Shown here: positions 10,266 through 20,051 of the stretch, piece by piece
Layout of the letters: every line of letters begins with the position of its first letter
Numbering within the stretch: position 1 is the stretch's first letter
Assembly: GCA_040752695.1 (NCBI GenBank)
Contig: JBFMGO010000006.1
Location: 35,568 to 99,567, forward strand
Source of the DNA: a bacterium
GTDB lineage: Bacteria > SZUA-182 > DTGQ01
Length of the DNA stretch: 64,000 nt
Reading direction: 5' to 3'
Program-made: the position numbers and the translations under genes
The notes under the pieces: model-generated
What the model was told of the DNA's origin: nothing
Databases searched by the model: none
Seen by the model: the letters and a program-made list of their open reading frames with translations, nothing else

Positions 10266-11564
10266 ATGTTAGTTTTTTTAAGTGATATTCATCTTACCGA
10301 TGGCTCCTCGGGGACGACCATTGATCCGAGGGCCTTCAATAAATTCTGTCAGATGATGAAGAATATTGTTGGAGATGCTCAGAGATCCAATATCAAAAAG
10401 ATTGAAATCGTCCTTTTAGGAGATATCTTTGACCTGATTCGTTCTGATTTTTGGCTGCGTCCGGAAAACGAGGGACTTGCCCGGCCGCCTATAAGGCCGT
10501 GGTCAGCGACGGCGGATACTGATCACAGCGGCTGGAATCTGCAGCAGTATACAGAGGCGATCGTTGATAAGATTATCAGCCAGCCGCGAAATATCGAGGC
10601 CATAAAGTACCTGAAGGAGTTTCAGACTCATTGTGTGGATGTCGATGTCCAGATTTCCTATCTTATCGGCAATCATGACTGGCTTATTAATCGGTATCCC
10701 TCAACCCGGCAGAAGATAGCTCATTTTTTGGGGATGAAGGGAGCGGATGCCCGGTTCTATGTCCATGAGCAGTTCCCCTACGAACGGATTTTCAAGGAAT
10801 ACAAGGTCATGGCCCGTCACGGTGACTACTATGATAAGTTTAACTACGATGGAAACAGAGACGCGTCTTCCCTCGGAGATGCCATTGTTATAGACCTTCT
10901 ATCCCGCTTTCCGAAAGAGGTAAAGAACGATCCCTTTCTTGGCCAGGATGATATCCTGATCAACCAGTTGAAGGAGATCGATAATGTACGGCCTCTGCTC
11001 GATATCCCTGCCTGGATACAGGGCATTTGCAATTACAGGCCAGGGATCGAAAGGAAAATGCATGAGATCTGGAACAGCCTGGTCAACAGGTTTTTCAAAC
11101 TGGAGTTTGTAAAGGACCATGACCGGTTTGGCCCTGACATGGTTGACTTTTTGGAGATGGCCATGAGGCTGTCCTCCGGTTTCTCCTTCAACAGGCTTAA
11201 GGAGATTCTCGGCAACCGTGTCGTCCAAATGTTATCCCAGCAATTCGACAGCTACCAGAGATTTGCCTATCGGGAAGCGCCTCTTAAAAATAATACTGCC
11301 CGTTATGTGGTCTATGGCCACACCCATCAGGCAGCTCAGGTTCCGCTGGATATTGTTTCCTTACCGCCGGACTCCACCGAGGATAAGGTCTATTTCAATA
11401 CCGGTACCTGGCGCAAGGTATTCGAACATACGACTTTCGATAGCGATAACTGCGAGTTCATCGGCTGGCATGTTATGACCTTTGTAATCTTTTACCTCAA
11501 AGAGGAAAAGGAACGGGACAGGAATTACGAGATCTGGTCAGCTTCTCTCGGCTACGGGCGATGA
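10266..11564 (+). CDS. Calcineurin-like metallophosphoesterase (LpxH-like superfamily)
   Basis: FLSDIHL, LGDIFD, GNHD, RHGD, YGHTH and NTGTW motifs; AGGAGG RBS. Confidence 0.85.
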   Translation: MLVFLSDIHLTDGSSGTTIDPRAFNKFCQMMKNIVGDAQRSNIKKIEIVLLGDIFDLIRSDFWLRPENEGLARPPIRPWSATADTDHSGWNLQQYTEAIVDKIISQPRNIEAIKYLKEFQTHCVDVDVQISYLIGNHDWLINRYPSTRQKIAHFLGMKGADARFYVHEQFPYERIFKEYKVMARHGDYYDKFNYDGNRDASSLGDAIVIDLLSRFPKEVKNDPFLGQDDILINQLKEIDNVRPLLDIPAWIQGICNYRPGIERKMHEIWNSLVNRFFKLEFVKDHDRFGPDMVDFLEMAMRLSSGFSFNRLKEILGNRVVQMLSQQFDSYQRFAYREAPLKNNTARYVVYGHTHQAAQVPLDIVSLPPDSTEDKVYFNTGTWRKVFEHTTFDSDNCEFIGWHVMTFVIFYLKEEKERDRNYEIWSASLGYGR

Positions 11565-12579
11565 TGGAGCCATGGTGAGGATTTGGCAGGCTGACGATGA
11601 AGATCGTTCTTTTTGGTACACACCGCACGGTTAATACGCGGCCAGTTAACGGTAAATATGACCCGTTAACGGTAAATAGGCAAAAGGTAAGCCCCCTCTC
11701 CTCAGGAGGGGAGATAGCTGGGGCTGGGGTGATGGGGATTCAGAACACGGCAAACTGATCAGGAAATTCCCGCGGCCTGAACTGAGTACTGGCGGGCGGG
11801 AAATACACGGCCAGGTATTGGAATGGGGCCATGTGTCGAAAATCCTCCTGAGAGTGGGTCGTAGGTCATGATATTGGCCGTAAGCTCGTCATTTCCCAAA
11901 CTTGCGATGATAAATTTTTCCTCCCCTGTCATAATCCTTATTACCCGGCCCTTCGGCAAGTCCTTTTCGTGTTTCCCCCTCACCCTGCTACCCCTATCAC
12001 CCCTGGGGGAGAAGGATAGCAGGGTGAGGAGTGCCTTTGATCATGCCTGTCAAGCTGCATAGAATAGACAGGATGGAAAATTCCTATACGGTTGAGGGAG
12101 CGGGGAGCTTGGAATGCATGCTTTTCAAGGGCTTGGAGGATTCTAAGCCTGCGCTCAGAATGACGTTGATGTAATAGCTTACCTTATCCCCCGCTTCCTC
12201 TGTTCACAAACTTGGCTGTGAAGAGGCACTAGTCTCAGAGAATAGTATCACCATAAAAAGAGTGTAGTGCGGGACTTTGGCACAATGACGTAAATTTCGC
12301 TCATGGGCATCGAACAAAGTTCACAGATCGTATGAAGTGCTTGGCTAGTTAAAACCAGCAAGCAAAATGCAAGCATAATGCAAGTAAAATGCAAGGAGAG
12401 TGGAGGGTTAGTTATTTGTTTTCCCAAAATTGCGGGCATTTGTTTTCCCAGAATTATGGGACCGTATTTTCCCCGTAATTGTTGGGCTTTGTTCTTCCAA
12501 AATGAATGATATCGTATTCCACAAGAGTCTCCATAGTTTGTATTTTAGAGGAAACAGGAGCGATCAAGGGGTAATCAAA

Positions 12580-14142
12580 ATGAGCATCCTCTTAATTTCA
12601 TTACAGAAAGACCTGGACATCATAGGGCTGAAATACCTTCACTACTACCTGTTAGACAACTCCCATGCTTCCCTTTTTCTTTGTTTGCCAAACCTCAATC
12701 CGAACGATATCTTCGCCCTGGAGCAGATAAGGAAATTCGTTCTTAATCATTCACCCAATTTAATCGGAGTGAGTCTGATGTCGGTTGAGTACGATAAAGC
12801 ATGTGGATTAACCACCTACCTGAAAAGAAATTTCCCAACGATTCCGGTTATCTGGGGAGGTATCCATCCCACCATCGCTCCAGAGATGTGTCTGGACTAC
12901 GCTGATTATGTTTGCATCGGAGAAGGTGAGAAAACCATCCTTGACGCAGCCAGGGCCGCTCATAACAACCAAAGCTTAACCGGTATCAATAACCTCTGCT
13001 ACAGGGCTGATGATGGCCAGGTGAAGAAAAATCCATTATATCCGCGTATTGAGAATCTGGATGAGATTCCTTTTTACGATCATATCCCTATCCATTGCTT
13101 TATCCAGGAGCGGCAGAGCATCGGGCCGGTCAGTAAAAAGTCTTATCAGAAATACGCCCGGTATTCAGGAACAACATATAGTGTCATGAGTTCCAGAGGC
13201 TGCCCGTTTTCCTGTACCTACTGCTGCAATAACTTTATTTCACGCTTATATGGGGCCAGAAAGGTCACGCGCAGGAGCATAGGTAACATCATCGCTGAAC
13301 TCGAGCGGGCCATACGGAACAATCCGGAAATCGAGTATATCAATTTTCAGGATGATTGCTTTTTAGCCTGCACCAGCGAATATCTCAAGGAATTTTGTGA
13401 ACTATATCAGCAAAAAATAAACAGGCCATTTATCGTGAGAAGTATTCCCACGTATATTACCAGGGATAAAATGGAATCTTTGAAAAAAGCCGGCCTGGCC
13501 TGGATCAGTCTTGGATTGCAAAGCGGCAGTGACCGCGTTTGCAGGGAAATCTACCGGCGAAAATCGTTAAAAGCCGACTTCCTCAAAGCAGCGGGCATTA
13601 TCAAAGATTTTCGAGTAGCAGCTTTTTATGATGTCATTTTGGATAATCCATTTGAAACGGAGGAAGATCAGCTTGAAACCATACAGACGCTCAGTGAGAC
13701 GCCAAAACCGTTCTACACTCAGTTTTTCTCATTAAGCCTCTATTTAGGGACTGAGTTACATACAAGAGCGCAACAGGATTCCCAGAGCATGAAAGGCTAC
13801 CTTAGTATGGAAAGCTCTCTCAGCAAGGATTATCTGATCTATAATAAAAGCACTATCAACGACATGCTGAGAATCTCCACGTTTCTCGATAAAAAGCATA
13901 TGCAAAGAGTGGTTGACCTCTATAAAGAAAAGCCGGAATCCTTCAAATTTAAGGTCTCCTTTCTCATGGCCAGGTTACTATCCATGATCATACTCGAGCC
14001 CCTTACCTATTTCCGGGTAATCAAGCTTTCGCAGAATGACCGCTACCTGAGAACATTCAAAGTTCTGCCAAGCTACTTCAAGGAGGGATTCAAGCGGTAT
14101 GTCAACCAATTTAAGGGCAGGTTGACACAATCTGGCTCATAG
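12580..14142 (+). CDS. B12-binding-domain radical SAM protein
   Basis: WGGIHPT, CIGEGE, SRGCPFSCTYC (CxxxCxxC), FQDDCF, GLQSGS; start set at ATG 12580. Confidence 0.92.
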   Translation: MSILLISLQKDLDIIGLKYLHYYLLDNSHASLFLCLPNLNPNDIFALEQIRKFVLNHSPNLIGVSLMSVEYDKACGLTTYLKRNFPTIPVIWGGIHPTIAPEMCLDYADYVCIGEGEKTILDAARAAHNNQSLTGINNLCYRADDGQVKKNPLYPRIENLDEIPFYDHIPIHCFIQERQSIGPVSKKSYQKYARYSGTTYSVMSSRGCPFSCTYCCNNFISRLYGARKVTRRSIGNIIAELERAIRNNPEIEYINFQDDCFLACTSEYLKEFCELYQQKINRPFIVRSIPTYITRDKMESLKKAGLAWISLGLQSGSDRVCREIYRRKSLKADFLKAAGIIKDFRVAAFYDVILDNPFETEEDQLETIQTLSETPKPFYTQFFSLSLYLGTELHTRAQQDSQSMKGYLSMESSLSKDYLIYNKSTINDMLRISTFLDKKHMQRVVDLYKEKPESFKFKVSFLMARLLSMIILEPLTYFRVIKLSQNDRYLRTFKVLPSYFKEGFKRYVNQFKGRLTQSGS

Positions 14143-14201
14143 CGATTAATACAAGTCAATGATAGCTGACAACAGAAAAGATCCAAAGCGGCAAGCGACA
14201 A

Positions 14202-14234
14202 AAAAGGCGGGGGACATTACGGACCCTGCCTTTT
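14202..14234. terminator. Probable bidirectional terminator between convergent genes
   Basis: AAAAGGCGGGG...CCCTGCCTTTT hairpin flanked by A and T runs. Confidence 0.5.
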
Positions 14235-14286
14235 AAGTTATTATTATCGCTCATAATTATAAGGCAACACACCTAAGGCATTAGAT

Positions 14287-14318
14287 TTCGTCATTCCCGC
14301 GAAGGCGGGAATGACGAA
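14287..14318. repeat. GTCATTCCCGCG...GGGAATGAC palindromic dispersed repeat (dRS3/REP-like)
   Basis: Perfect 14-bp stem TTCGTCATTCCCGC-GAAG-GCGGGAATGACGAA; relatives at 12138-12165, 38645-38717 and 39993-40092. Confidence 0.8.
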
Positions 14319-14374
14319 GAGCGGCTATGATGGCTACTATATATGAGCGATTATTATTACAACAACAACTACTA

Positions 14375-15886
14375 CTATTTCCTGTCATCGCCTGTCAAGA
14401 CCTTATGCAATGTTACGCTCAGCTCTCCAATTTCATACGGTTTGGCAACTGCACCTTTGAAACCATACCGCGGGTATTCCGACAAAATAGGATCGTTGGA
14501 GTAGCCGCTTGAAACAATTGCCTTAACTTCAGGGTCTATGGCGTGTAATTTCTCGGCCATTTCCTTACCGCCGATGCCTCCCGGAATCGTTAAATCGAGT
14601 ATTACAGCATCAAAGTGAGACCCTGCTTTCAGTGCCTTCTCGTACCGCCTAATTGCTTCCTCCCCTTCACTGGCTGACTCAACCTCGTATCCAAGAGGGG
14701 TCAACATCCTGATGAGCATTTCTCTGATGCTTTGCTGATCATCCATAATTAAAATTTTCCCTTTACCCGGACAGGCCATTTTCTCCCTATCCCGTCCGGA
14801 TGCACGGGCATCTTTTTCCGAAGCGGGGAGGTAAATACGAAAAGTGGTTCCCACTCCTAGCTGAGATTCTGCGGTAATGTATCCCCCGTGCTTTTTGACG
14901 ATAGAATACGTAATGGCAAGCCCAAGACCGCTTCCCTTCGATTTGGTACTGAAATAAGGATCGAATATCTTTTGAAGATACTTCTCCGGTATGCCAATTC
15001 CCTGATCTTTGAGCATCAATTGTATGTATTTGCCAGCCTTGAGGGGTAAACGGGCTTCCGGCCCCATAACCACGTTTTCAGCACGTACACTGATGATTCC
15101 ATCTGCTGCGACCTGAAATACCTGATCAAGTTCTTCGAAGGCACGTTTAATCTTCTCTTCAGCCTGCCGGCTCTCGACCATGGCACCTATCAACTTTGCA
15201 GAAAATACCAGCCGTCTCTTGGCCATCTCGATGGTCAAAGGTGAACGGGGCTCGTATTCATCCGCCTGTTCGATAAGTTTATCTCTGGACACTCCAAACA
15301 TTTGCGTGATCTGGTCAAGTTTTGAGAGGTTCTTAGGAGGATCACCATATCCGAAATTGATAGACCCTACCGTTTCTCCACCAGCCTGAATCGGAACAGC
15401 ATAGAGGCGAATGCCGCCACGACACTCGACATCGACCGGTTGTCCTGTTTCGATGGAAACCTTTGAGGCATCCGTCCAGCATGATTCGTGGCAATGCCAT
15501 TTACCACTATTCAATGCCTCTTCGTTAGATACTGCACCACACAATGTACGCGAGGCATGATCGAGTAAGCGACACCACCCAGAAGTAAAAATACCTAAAG
15601 CATAATCCCCGTTTTTTTCGTATACCGCTGTCGAAGTATCGAGCAAGTCAAGGAAGTCACTCGCAATATCTGCAAGAATATTTTCTCCGATGGCTCCCAC
15701 TAATACCCGGCAGGTGTTGAGATCAACCAGGCTTCCATAGGGCTGAATATGAGGTCTCTTGCAAGCGGGTTTATGTATTACCCTTTTGGTCATTATTTGT
15801 TCAAACCAATCAAGGTGCTCTTTACATCTTCTTTGATTTTCTGATAATTGATTTATCCTCTCGCGTAATTTAGTTAATTCCTTCAT
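14375..15886 (-). CDS. PocR sensor - partial HATPase_c - receiver protein; internally deleted hybrid kinase with no HisKA
   Basis: Cys-rich PocR domain ([20 protein letters not shown]), G1/F/G2 boxes ([20 protein letters not shown]), REC (MDD, VILDL, KPY); no H-box or N-box. Confidence 0.8.
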   Translation of the reverse strand: MKELTKLRERINQLSENQRRCKEHLDWFEQIMTKRVIHKPACKRPHIQPYGSLVDLNTCRVLVGAIGENILADIASDFLDLLDTSTAVYEKNGDYALGIFTSGWCRLLDHASRTLCGAVSNEEALNSGKWHCHESCWTDASKVSIETGQPVDVECRGGIRLYAVPIQAGGETVGSINFGYGDPPKNLSKLDQITQMFGVSRDKLIEQADEYEPRSPLTIEMAKRRLVFSAKLIGAMVESRQAEEKIKRAFEELDQVFQVAADGIISVRAENVVMGPEARLPLKAGKYIQLMLKDQGIGIPEKYLQKIFDPYFSTKSKGSGLGLAITYSIVKKHGGYITAESQLGVGTTFRIYLPASEKDARASGRDREKMACPGKGKILIMDDQQSIREMLIRMLTPLGYEVESASEGEEAIRRYEKALKAGSHFDAVILDLTIPGGIGGKEMAEKLHAIDPEVKAIVSSGYSNDPILSEYPRYGFKGAVAKPYEIGELSVTLHKVLTGDDRK

Positions 15887-16104
15887 GATTTGCTCTTTGA
15901 TCTTGCTTACAGTTTTTATCTGTGAACAGAAATTATTTCATATAATATTTTAGTGCTATAATTATATCACAAAAAATAATTTCTATCTACTATTTTTTCC
16001 TATAAAACTTTTCCTAACCAGAACGCTGTATTAAGAACATGCAATCTACAGGATTACTCGCCCAACGCAATTACCAGTATGAACTATGGACAAATGAAAA
16101 AATT

Positions 16105-16134
16105 TTGACAAGAAGAGAATAAATTTCTTATAAT
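16105..16134 (+). promoter_or_regulatory. sigma70 promoter
   Basis: TTGACA-N18-TATAAT upstream of the cohesin gene. Confidence 0.65.
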
Positions 16135-16212
16135 TATTCTAGTTCATTCACTATTTCATAAAATCAAAGCAGTCATAATAAGGAGATTCTCTATGCAAAG
16201 GAGTAAGTTACC

Positions 16213-18309
16213 ATGAAGAAATTATTTTTTGTAATTCTCGGTGGATTGATATGGGCTCTTTTTATCCTGTCAAATATTGGAGCAGGGGGAATACTCTGTC
16301 CGAAGGCAAATGCAAGCGAGCCTGCCCGGTTTATCGGGGATACAGTCCCTGCTTTGGATGAATGTCTGGAGATGAGTTCCGGGGTTCTTGACGTAGGGGG
16401 AAGCGGGGGAACAATCGGACAGGAAGTTCAGGTGCCGGTAAACATCCAGTCTGCACCCGATAAAATCTTTTCTCTTGGCTTTGAAGTCACGTATGATTCA
16501 AGCGTATTGGAATACCTTGATTACACCGGAGGAGATCTCACAGCCTCTTTCACCGTGTTCGACATCTATCCAGCCGGAACCGGCAGGTTGAGAGTAGGGG
16601 GCTTGACCATCGGAGACGGCATTGCCCAGGGAGCAAGCGGTTGTGTAGCCGTCCTCAACTTCAGGGTTATCGGTGGTGTAGATAATGGATGCTATGCCGT
16701 CAAGCTGGAAAATCTGCGGGATGATGTCACCTCCTTTTCCTCCAGTCAGGGCTGCTTCTGTATGAATGATACCATTCCGCCCGAACTTACCTGCCCAGCC
16801 GACGGCGTGATTGCTCAGACGGAAAATGGCGGTGCTCCGATTGACGATCCTGATGTACAGGCCTTCCTGGCCAGCGCCGTTGCCAGGGATAATGCGGATG
16901 GCAAGGTTGCCGTGATCAATGACGCTCCTTCGGTCCTCCCTCCCGGAGAGAGCACAATAACGTTTACTGCTACAGACAGGAGTGGTAATAGCGCTTCCTG
17001 CTCGGCCACCATCACCGTTCAACCGCCGGAGTGTGCGGAAGACAATTCAGGAGCACTGAACATTGAAGGAGCCCAGGGGAATCTGGGAGACGAAATTCAA
17101 ATTCCGGTAATGATACATGCTGCACCGGCTGAAGCCTCTGCCCTTGGCTTTGAGGTAATCTATCAACCATCCGTTCTCGAGTATTCAGGGTTTGTAAAAG
17201 GTGATCTGGTGTCCTCTTTCGTTATGTTCGATGTCATTCTCGTTGGTTCAGGCAGGTTGAGAGTAGGAGGCTTGACTACAGGGGAGAGTATTCCGCGGGG
17301 GACAAGCGGCTGTGTGGTCGTACTTGCATTTAAGGTTAAAGGCGGTGTGGACAATGGGTGCTATGCCGTCAAGCTGGAAAATCTGCGGGATGATGTCACC
17401 TCCTTTTCCTCAAGCCAGGGTTGCTTCTGTATGAATGATACCATTCCGCCCGAACTTACCTGCCCAGCCGACGGCGTAGTTGCTCAGACGGTAAATGGCG
17501 GCACTCCGATTAACGATCCTGATGTGCAAGCCTTCCTGTCCGGTGCCATGGCCAGGGATAATGCGGATGGCAAGGTTGCCGTGATCAATGACGCTCCTTC
17601 GATCCTTCCGCCGGGAAAGAGCATCATAACCTTTACTGCAACGGACAGGAGCGGTAATAGTATTTCCTGCTCGGCCACCATCACTGTCCACCTGCCACGG
17701 TGTACGGAAGACGAGTCAGGAACGCTGGACATTGAGGGAGCTCAGGGAAAGGCAGGTGACGAGATTGAAATTCCAGTAAGGTTACAGGCTGCACCGCACA
17801 GTGTCTCTGCCCTTGGCTTTGAGATAACCTATAACCCATCCGTTCTCGAATATTCAGGGAATCAAAGAGGTGATCTGGTGTCTTCTTTCACCCTGTTCGA
17901 TGTCAATCCAGCCGGTTCCGGCAGGTTGAGAGCAGGCGGATTGACTACCGGAGAGAGTATTCCGCAAGGGACAAGCGGATGCGTCGCTGTGCTTAAGTTC
18001 AAGGTCAAAGGCGGTATGGAAGGCGGATGCTATCCCGTTGCGCTGGAAAACTTGCGGGATGATCTTACTCAGCTTTCCTCGAGTCAGGGCTGTTTCTGTA
18101 TCCGTAGCTGCAGCGGGGACCTCAATGGAGATGGATTTGTTACTCCTACGGATTCTCTCATCGTCTTTCAGTGTTTTCTTAACCAAGGCCCGTGTTCAGA
18201 TTGCACTGACGTTAATCAGGACGGCACGACTTCTCCGGCAGATGCCCTTTGCTTGTTTCAACACTTCCTGGGGTCTTCCTCCTGTCTGAACCGCCAGAGG
18301 TTGAGATAA
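16213..18309 (+). CDS. Secreted scaffoldin-like protein: 3 cohesin + 2 HYR domains + C-terminal dockerin
   Basis: Signal peptide; three repeats of G.E..(V/I)PV..LGFE(V/I).Y..SVLEY..GDL; two DTIPPELTCPAD...ITFTATDRSGNS; dockerin loops GDLNGDGFVTPTD and DVNQDGTTSPADAL. Confidence 0.85.
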   Translation: MKKLFFVILGGLIWALFILSNIGAGGILCPKANASEPARFIGDTVPALDECLEMSSGVLDVGGSGGTIGQEVQVPVNIQSAPDKIFSLGFEVTYDSSVLEYLDYTGGDLTASFTVFDIYPAGTGRLRVGGLTIGDGIAQGASGCVAVLNFRVIGGVDNGCYAVKLENLRDDVTSFSSSQGCFCMNDTIPPELTCPADGVIAQTENGGAPIDDPDVQAFLASAVARDNADGKVAVINDAPSVLPPGESTITFTATDRSGNSASCSATITVQPPECAEDNSGALNIEGAQGNLGDEIQIPVMIHAAPAEASALGFEVIYQPSVLEYSGFVKGDLVSSFVMFDVILVGSGRLRVGGLTTGESIPRGTSGCVVVLAFKVKGGVDNGCYAVKLENLRDDVTSFSSSQGCFCMNDTIPPELTCPADGVVAQTVNGGTPINDPDVQAFLSGAMARDNADGKVAVINDAPSILPPGKSIITFTATDRSGNSISCSATITVHLPRCTEDESGTLDIEGAQGKAGDEIEIPVRLQAAPHSVSALGFEITYNPSVLEYSGNQRGDLVSSFTLFDVNPAGSGRLRAGGLTTGESIPQGTSGCVAVLKFKVKGGMEGGCYPVALENLRDDLTQLSSSQGCFCIRSCSGDLNGDGFVTPTDSLIVFQCFLNQGPCSDCTDVNQDGTTSPADALCLFQHFLGSSSCLNRQRLR

Positions 18310-18413
18310 CCCTCTCTTCTCTATTTCCAGAGAGAGGGGAAGCCACCCTCAGTCCTCGCAGTAACTTCCTGGCCATAGCTCACGCGGCTGTGGCCAGAAG
18401 ATAGATCCTAAGA

Positions 18414-18445
18414 TGGGGGCGGTCTTTAAGTTTGGCCGCCCCCCT
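18414..18445 (+). terminator. GC-rich hairpin after the cohesin gene
   Basis: GGGGGCGG...CCGCCCCC stem; weak T-tail. Confidence 0.4.
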
Positions 18446-18608
18446 ATGAGATTCATCATATGAGGTTCACCATATGAGGTTCATCAGCAGATATCTGCCA
18501 TTCTCCCCTTTTTTTGATTATTCTTCCCTGTTTCGGATATAATAGAATAGTAACTTTTGGAATCTCCTTTCATCAATTTATAATTTTTTACATCCAAAGG
18601 GGAAAGAA

Positions 18609-18908
18609 ATGCTTATACGAGTAAGGTTCAGCGATGACAGGTACAATATGGTCAAGCCCTGGATCCTCGATAAATTGATCGAAGACCAATGTCTTAAGGC
18701 TTTTTTAAGGAGAGATGGCTGGGTTTTTCCTGGAAAGGACAAAATAAGAGGAATGGGAGGCGGCTGCTATCAGGGGCGAGAAAGACGAAAGAAAGAGACT
18801 CCAAACGTACTTCCTCTTGCCTGTTTGTTGTTTATCAAGGGCTATGAATTGCAATTATTACTGGACAACAAAGGAAAGGGCACGTATATTATACATCAAC
18901 CAACCTGA
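18609..18908 (+). CDS. GSU3473-family small protein
   Basis: MLIRV..D.Y.MVKP..LD.LI....FLRRDGWV..G.D.IRG.GG..Y.G.ERR pattern recalled for this family. Confidence 0.75.
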   Translation: MLIRVRFSDDRYNMVKPWILDKLIEDQCLKAFLRRDGWVFPGKDKIRGMGGGCYQGRERRKKETPNVLPLACLLFIKGYELQLLLDNKGKGTYIIHQPT

Positions 18909-18998
18909 CGATGTTACATGAGCCAGACCTGACGATGTTAGATGCGACAGACCTGACGATGTTAGATGCGACAGACCTGACGATGTTACACAATCCAG
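18903..18998 (+). repeat. 4 x 24-bp tandem repeat
   Basis: ACCTGACGATGTTA(C/G)A..... unit; copies 2 and 3 are identical. Confidence 0.9.
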
Positions 18999-19461
18999 AT
19001 TGCCTTTGATAGTGCTGAACGACCCTGATAATGTAGATGATATGTATTCTCCCTGTCCCCTGGGGGATTTATTTTACCTTTGAGGACTATGCATACCTGC
19101 CCCTTTGCTTGCAAGCAAGACCATAGCGGGTATATCGGGCATATTTGCACTGAGAAAGACACCTATGCCCCCTCCTTTTAAAAATGGGGATGGGGGGATT
19201 TTAACCTCCCTTACCCTTTCGCCGGGTAACGGACGCAATAAAGACCGTCCAATTCAAGTCAAGTTGTCACTCTTTAGGAAAATAAATGATCTACAGACTA
19301 ATGCCAATTATGTATAATAACCGATAATATAAGACCCACTATACCCAAAACTCCATGAGAGATGAATGATCGCCCCTATTTGCCGGAAATTTTCTGAAGG
19401 ATTCTCCATGCCAGAGAAGCTGAGAACAGAATTACAATAAAATTGACATTGACAAGGAGAG

Positions 19462-19704
19462 ATGCCACTCATGCGTAAGTATTTCAGCTTCATCATAGCA
19501 AGCGGATGGATTGACTCATTGGCCTGGCTGATGGCCCTGGGTTCATTCCTGTTGGCCTATATACGGATAATTAAGTCTTGCTATTACACCCCCCTTCAGG
19601 CTGCCAATGATGTGCTGCGCGGGATCAGCTATAAATTCGATATTCTCAAGCCGCTTATTATTTTTCTGGTCAGTCTGGCCTGGATAATAACCCACTTAGG
19701 ATAA
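19462..19704 (+). CDS. Possible small two-TM membrane protein
   Basis: 80 aa, two hydrophobic segments, AAGGAG RBS; no recognisable family. Confidence 0.4.
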   Translation: MPLMRKYFSFIIASGWIDSLAWLMALGSFLLAYIRIIKSCYYTPLQAANDVLRGISYKFDILKPLIIFLVSLAWIITHLG

Positions 19705-19988
19705 TAAAAGCCTTTCCCCCTTTGACCGTTGCTCATTCAAGTTGTCTCAGGAACTACACTTCAATAAGCCGTATAATAAAAAAATCTTCGATGTAATTTA
19801 AAATTTTAGTCGAAAAATAATGACTAGCATTATTTTATCTTCATGCATTGATTTTCTTACTTTGCTCGGACCTTAGTTAATTTTCTCATAATACTCGAAT
19901 CTTAATTTAGACTAAAATTTTACCCAAAGTCCATATCAGAATCAGATGAAACTAAGTACAGGCAGTGGGAATTACGCAGCCAGTTGTT

Positions 19989-20044
19989 GTAGGAGCGGCC
20001 CCCTGTGTCCGCCCATGATGGGGCGCAAGGGCACCGCACAGGGG
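19989..20044 (+). repeat. GTAG-initiated REP-like palindrome pair
   Basis: GTAGGAGCGGCCCCCTGTGTCCGCCC...GGGCACCGCACAGGGG. Confidence 0.55.
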
Positions 20045-20051
20045 CCTCGAT

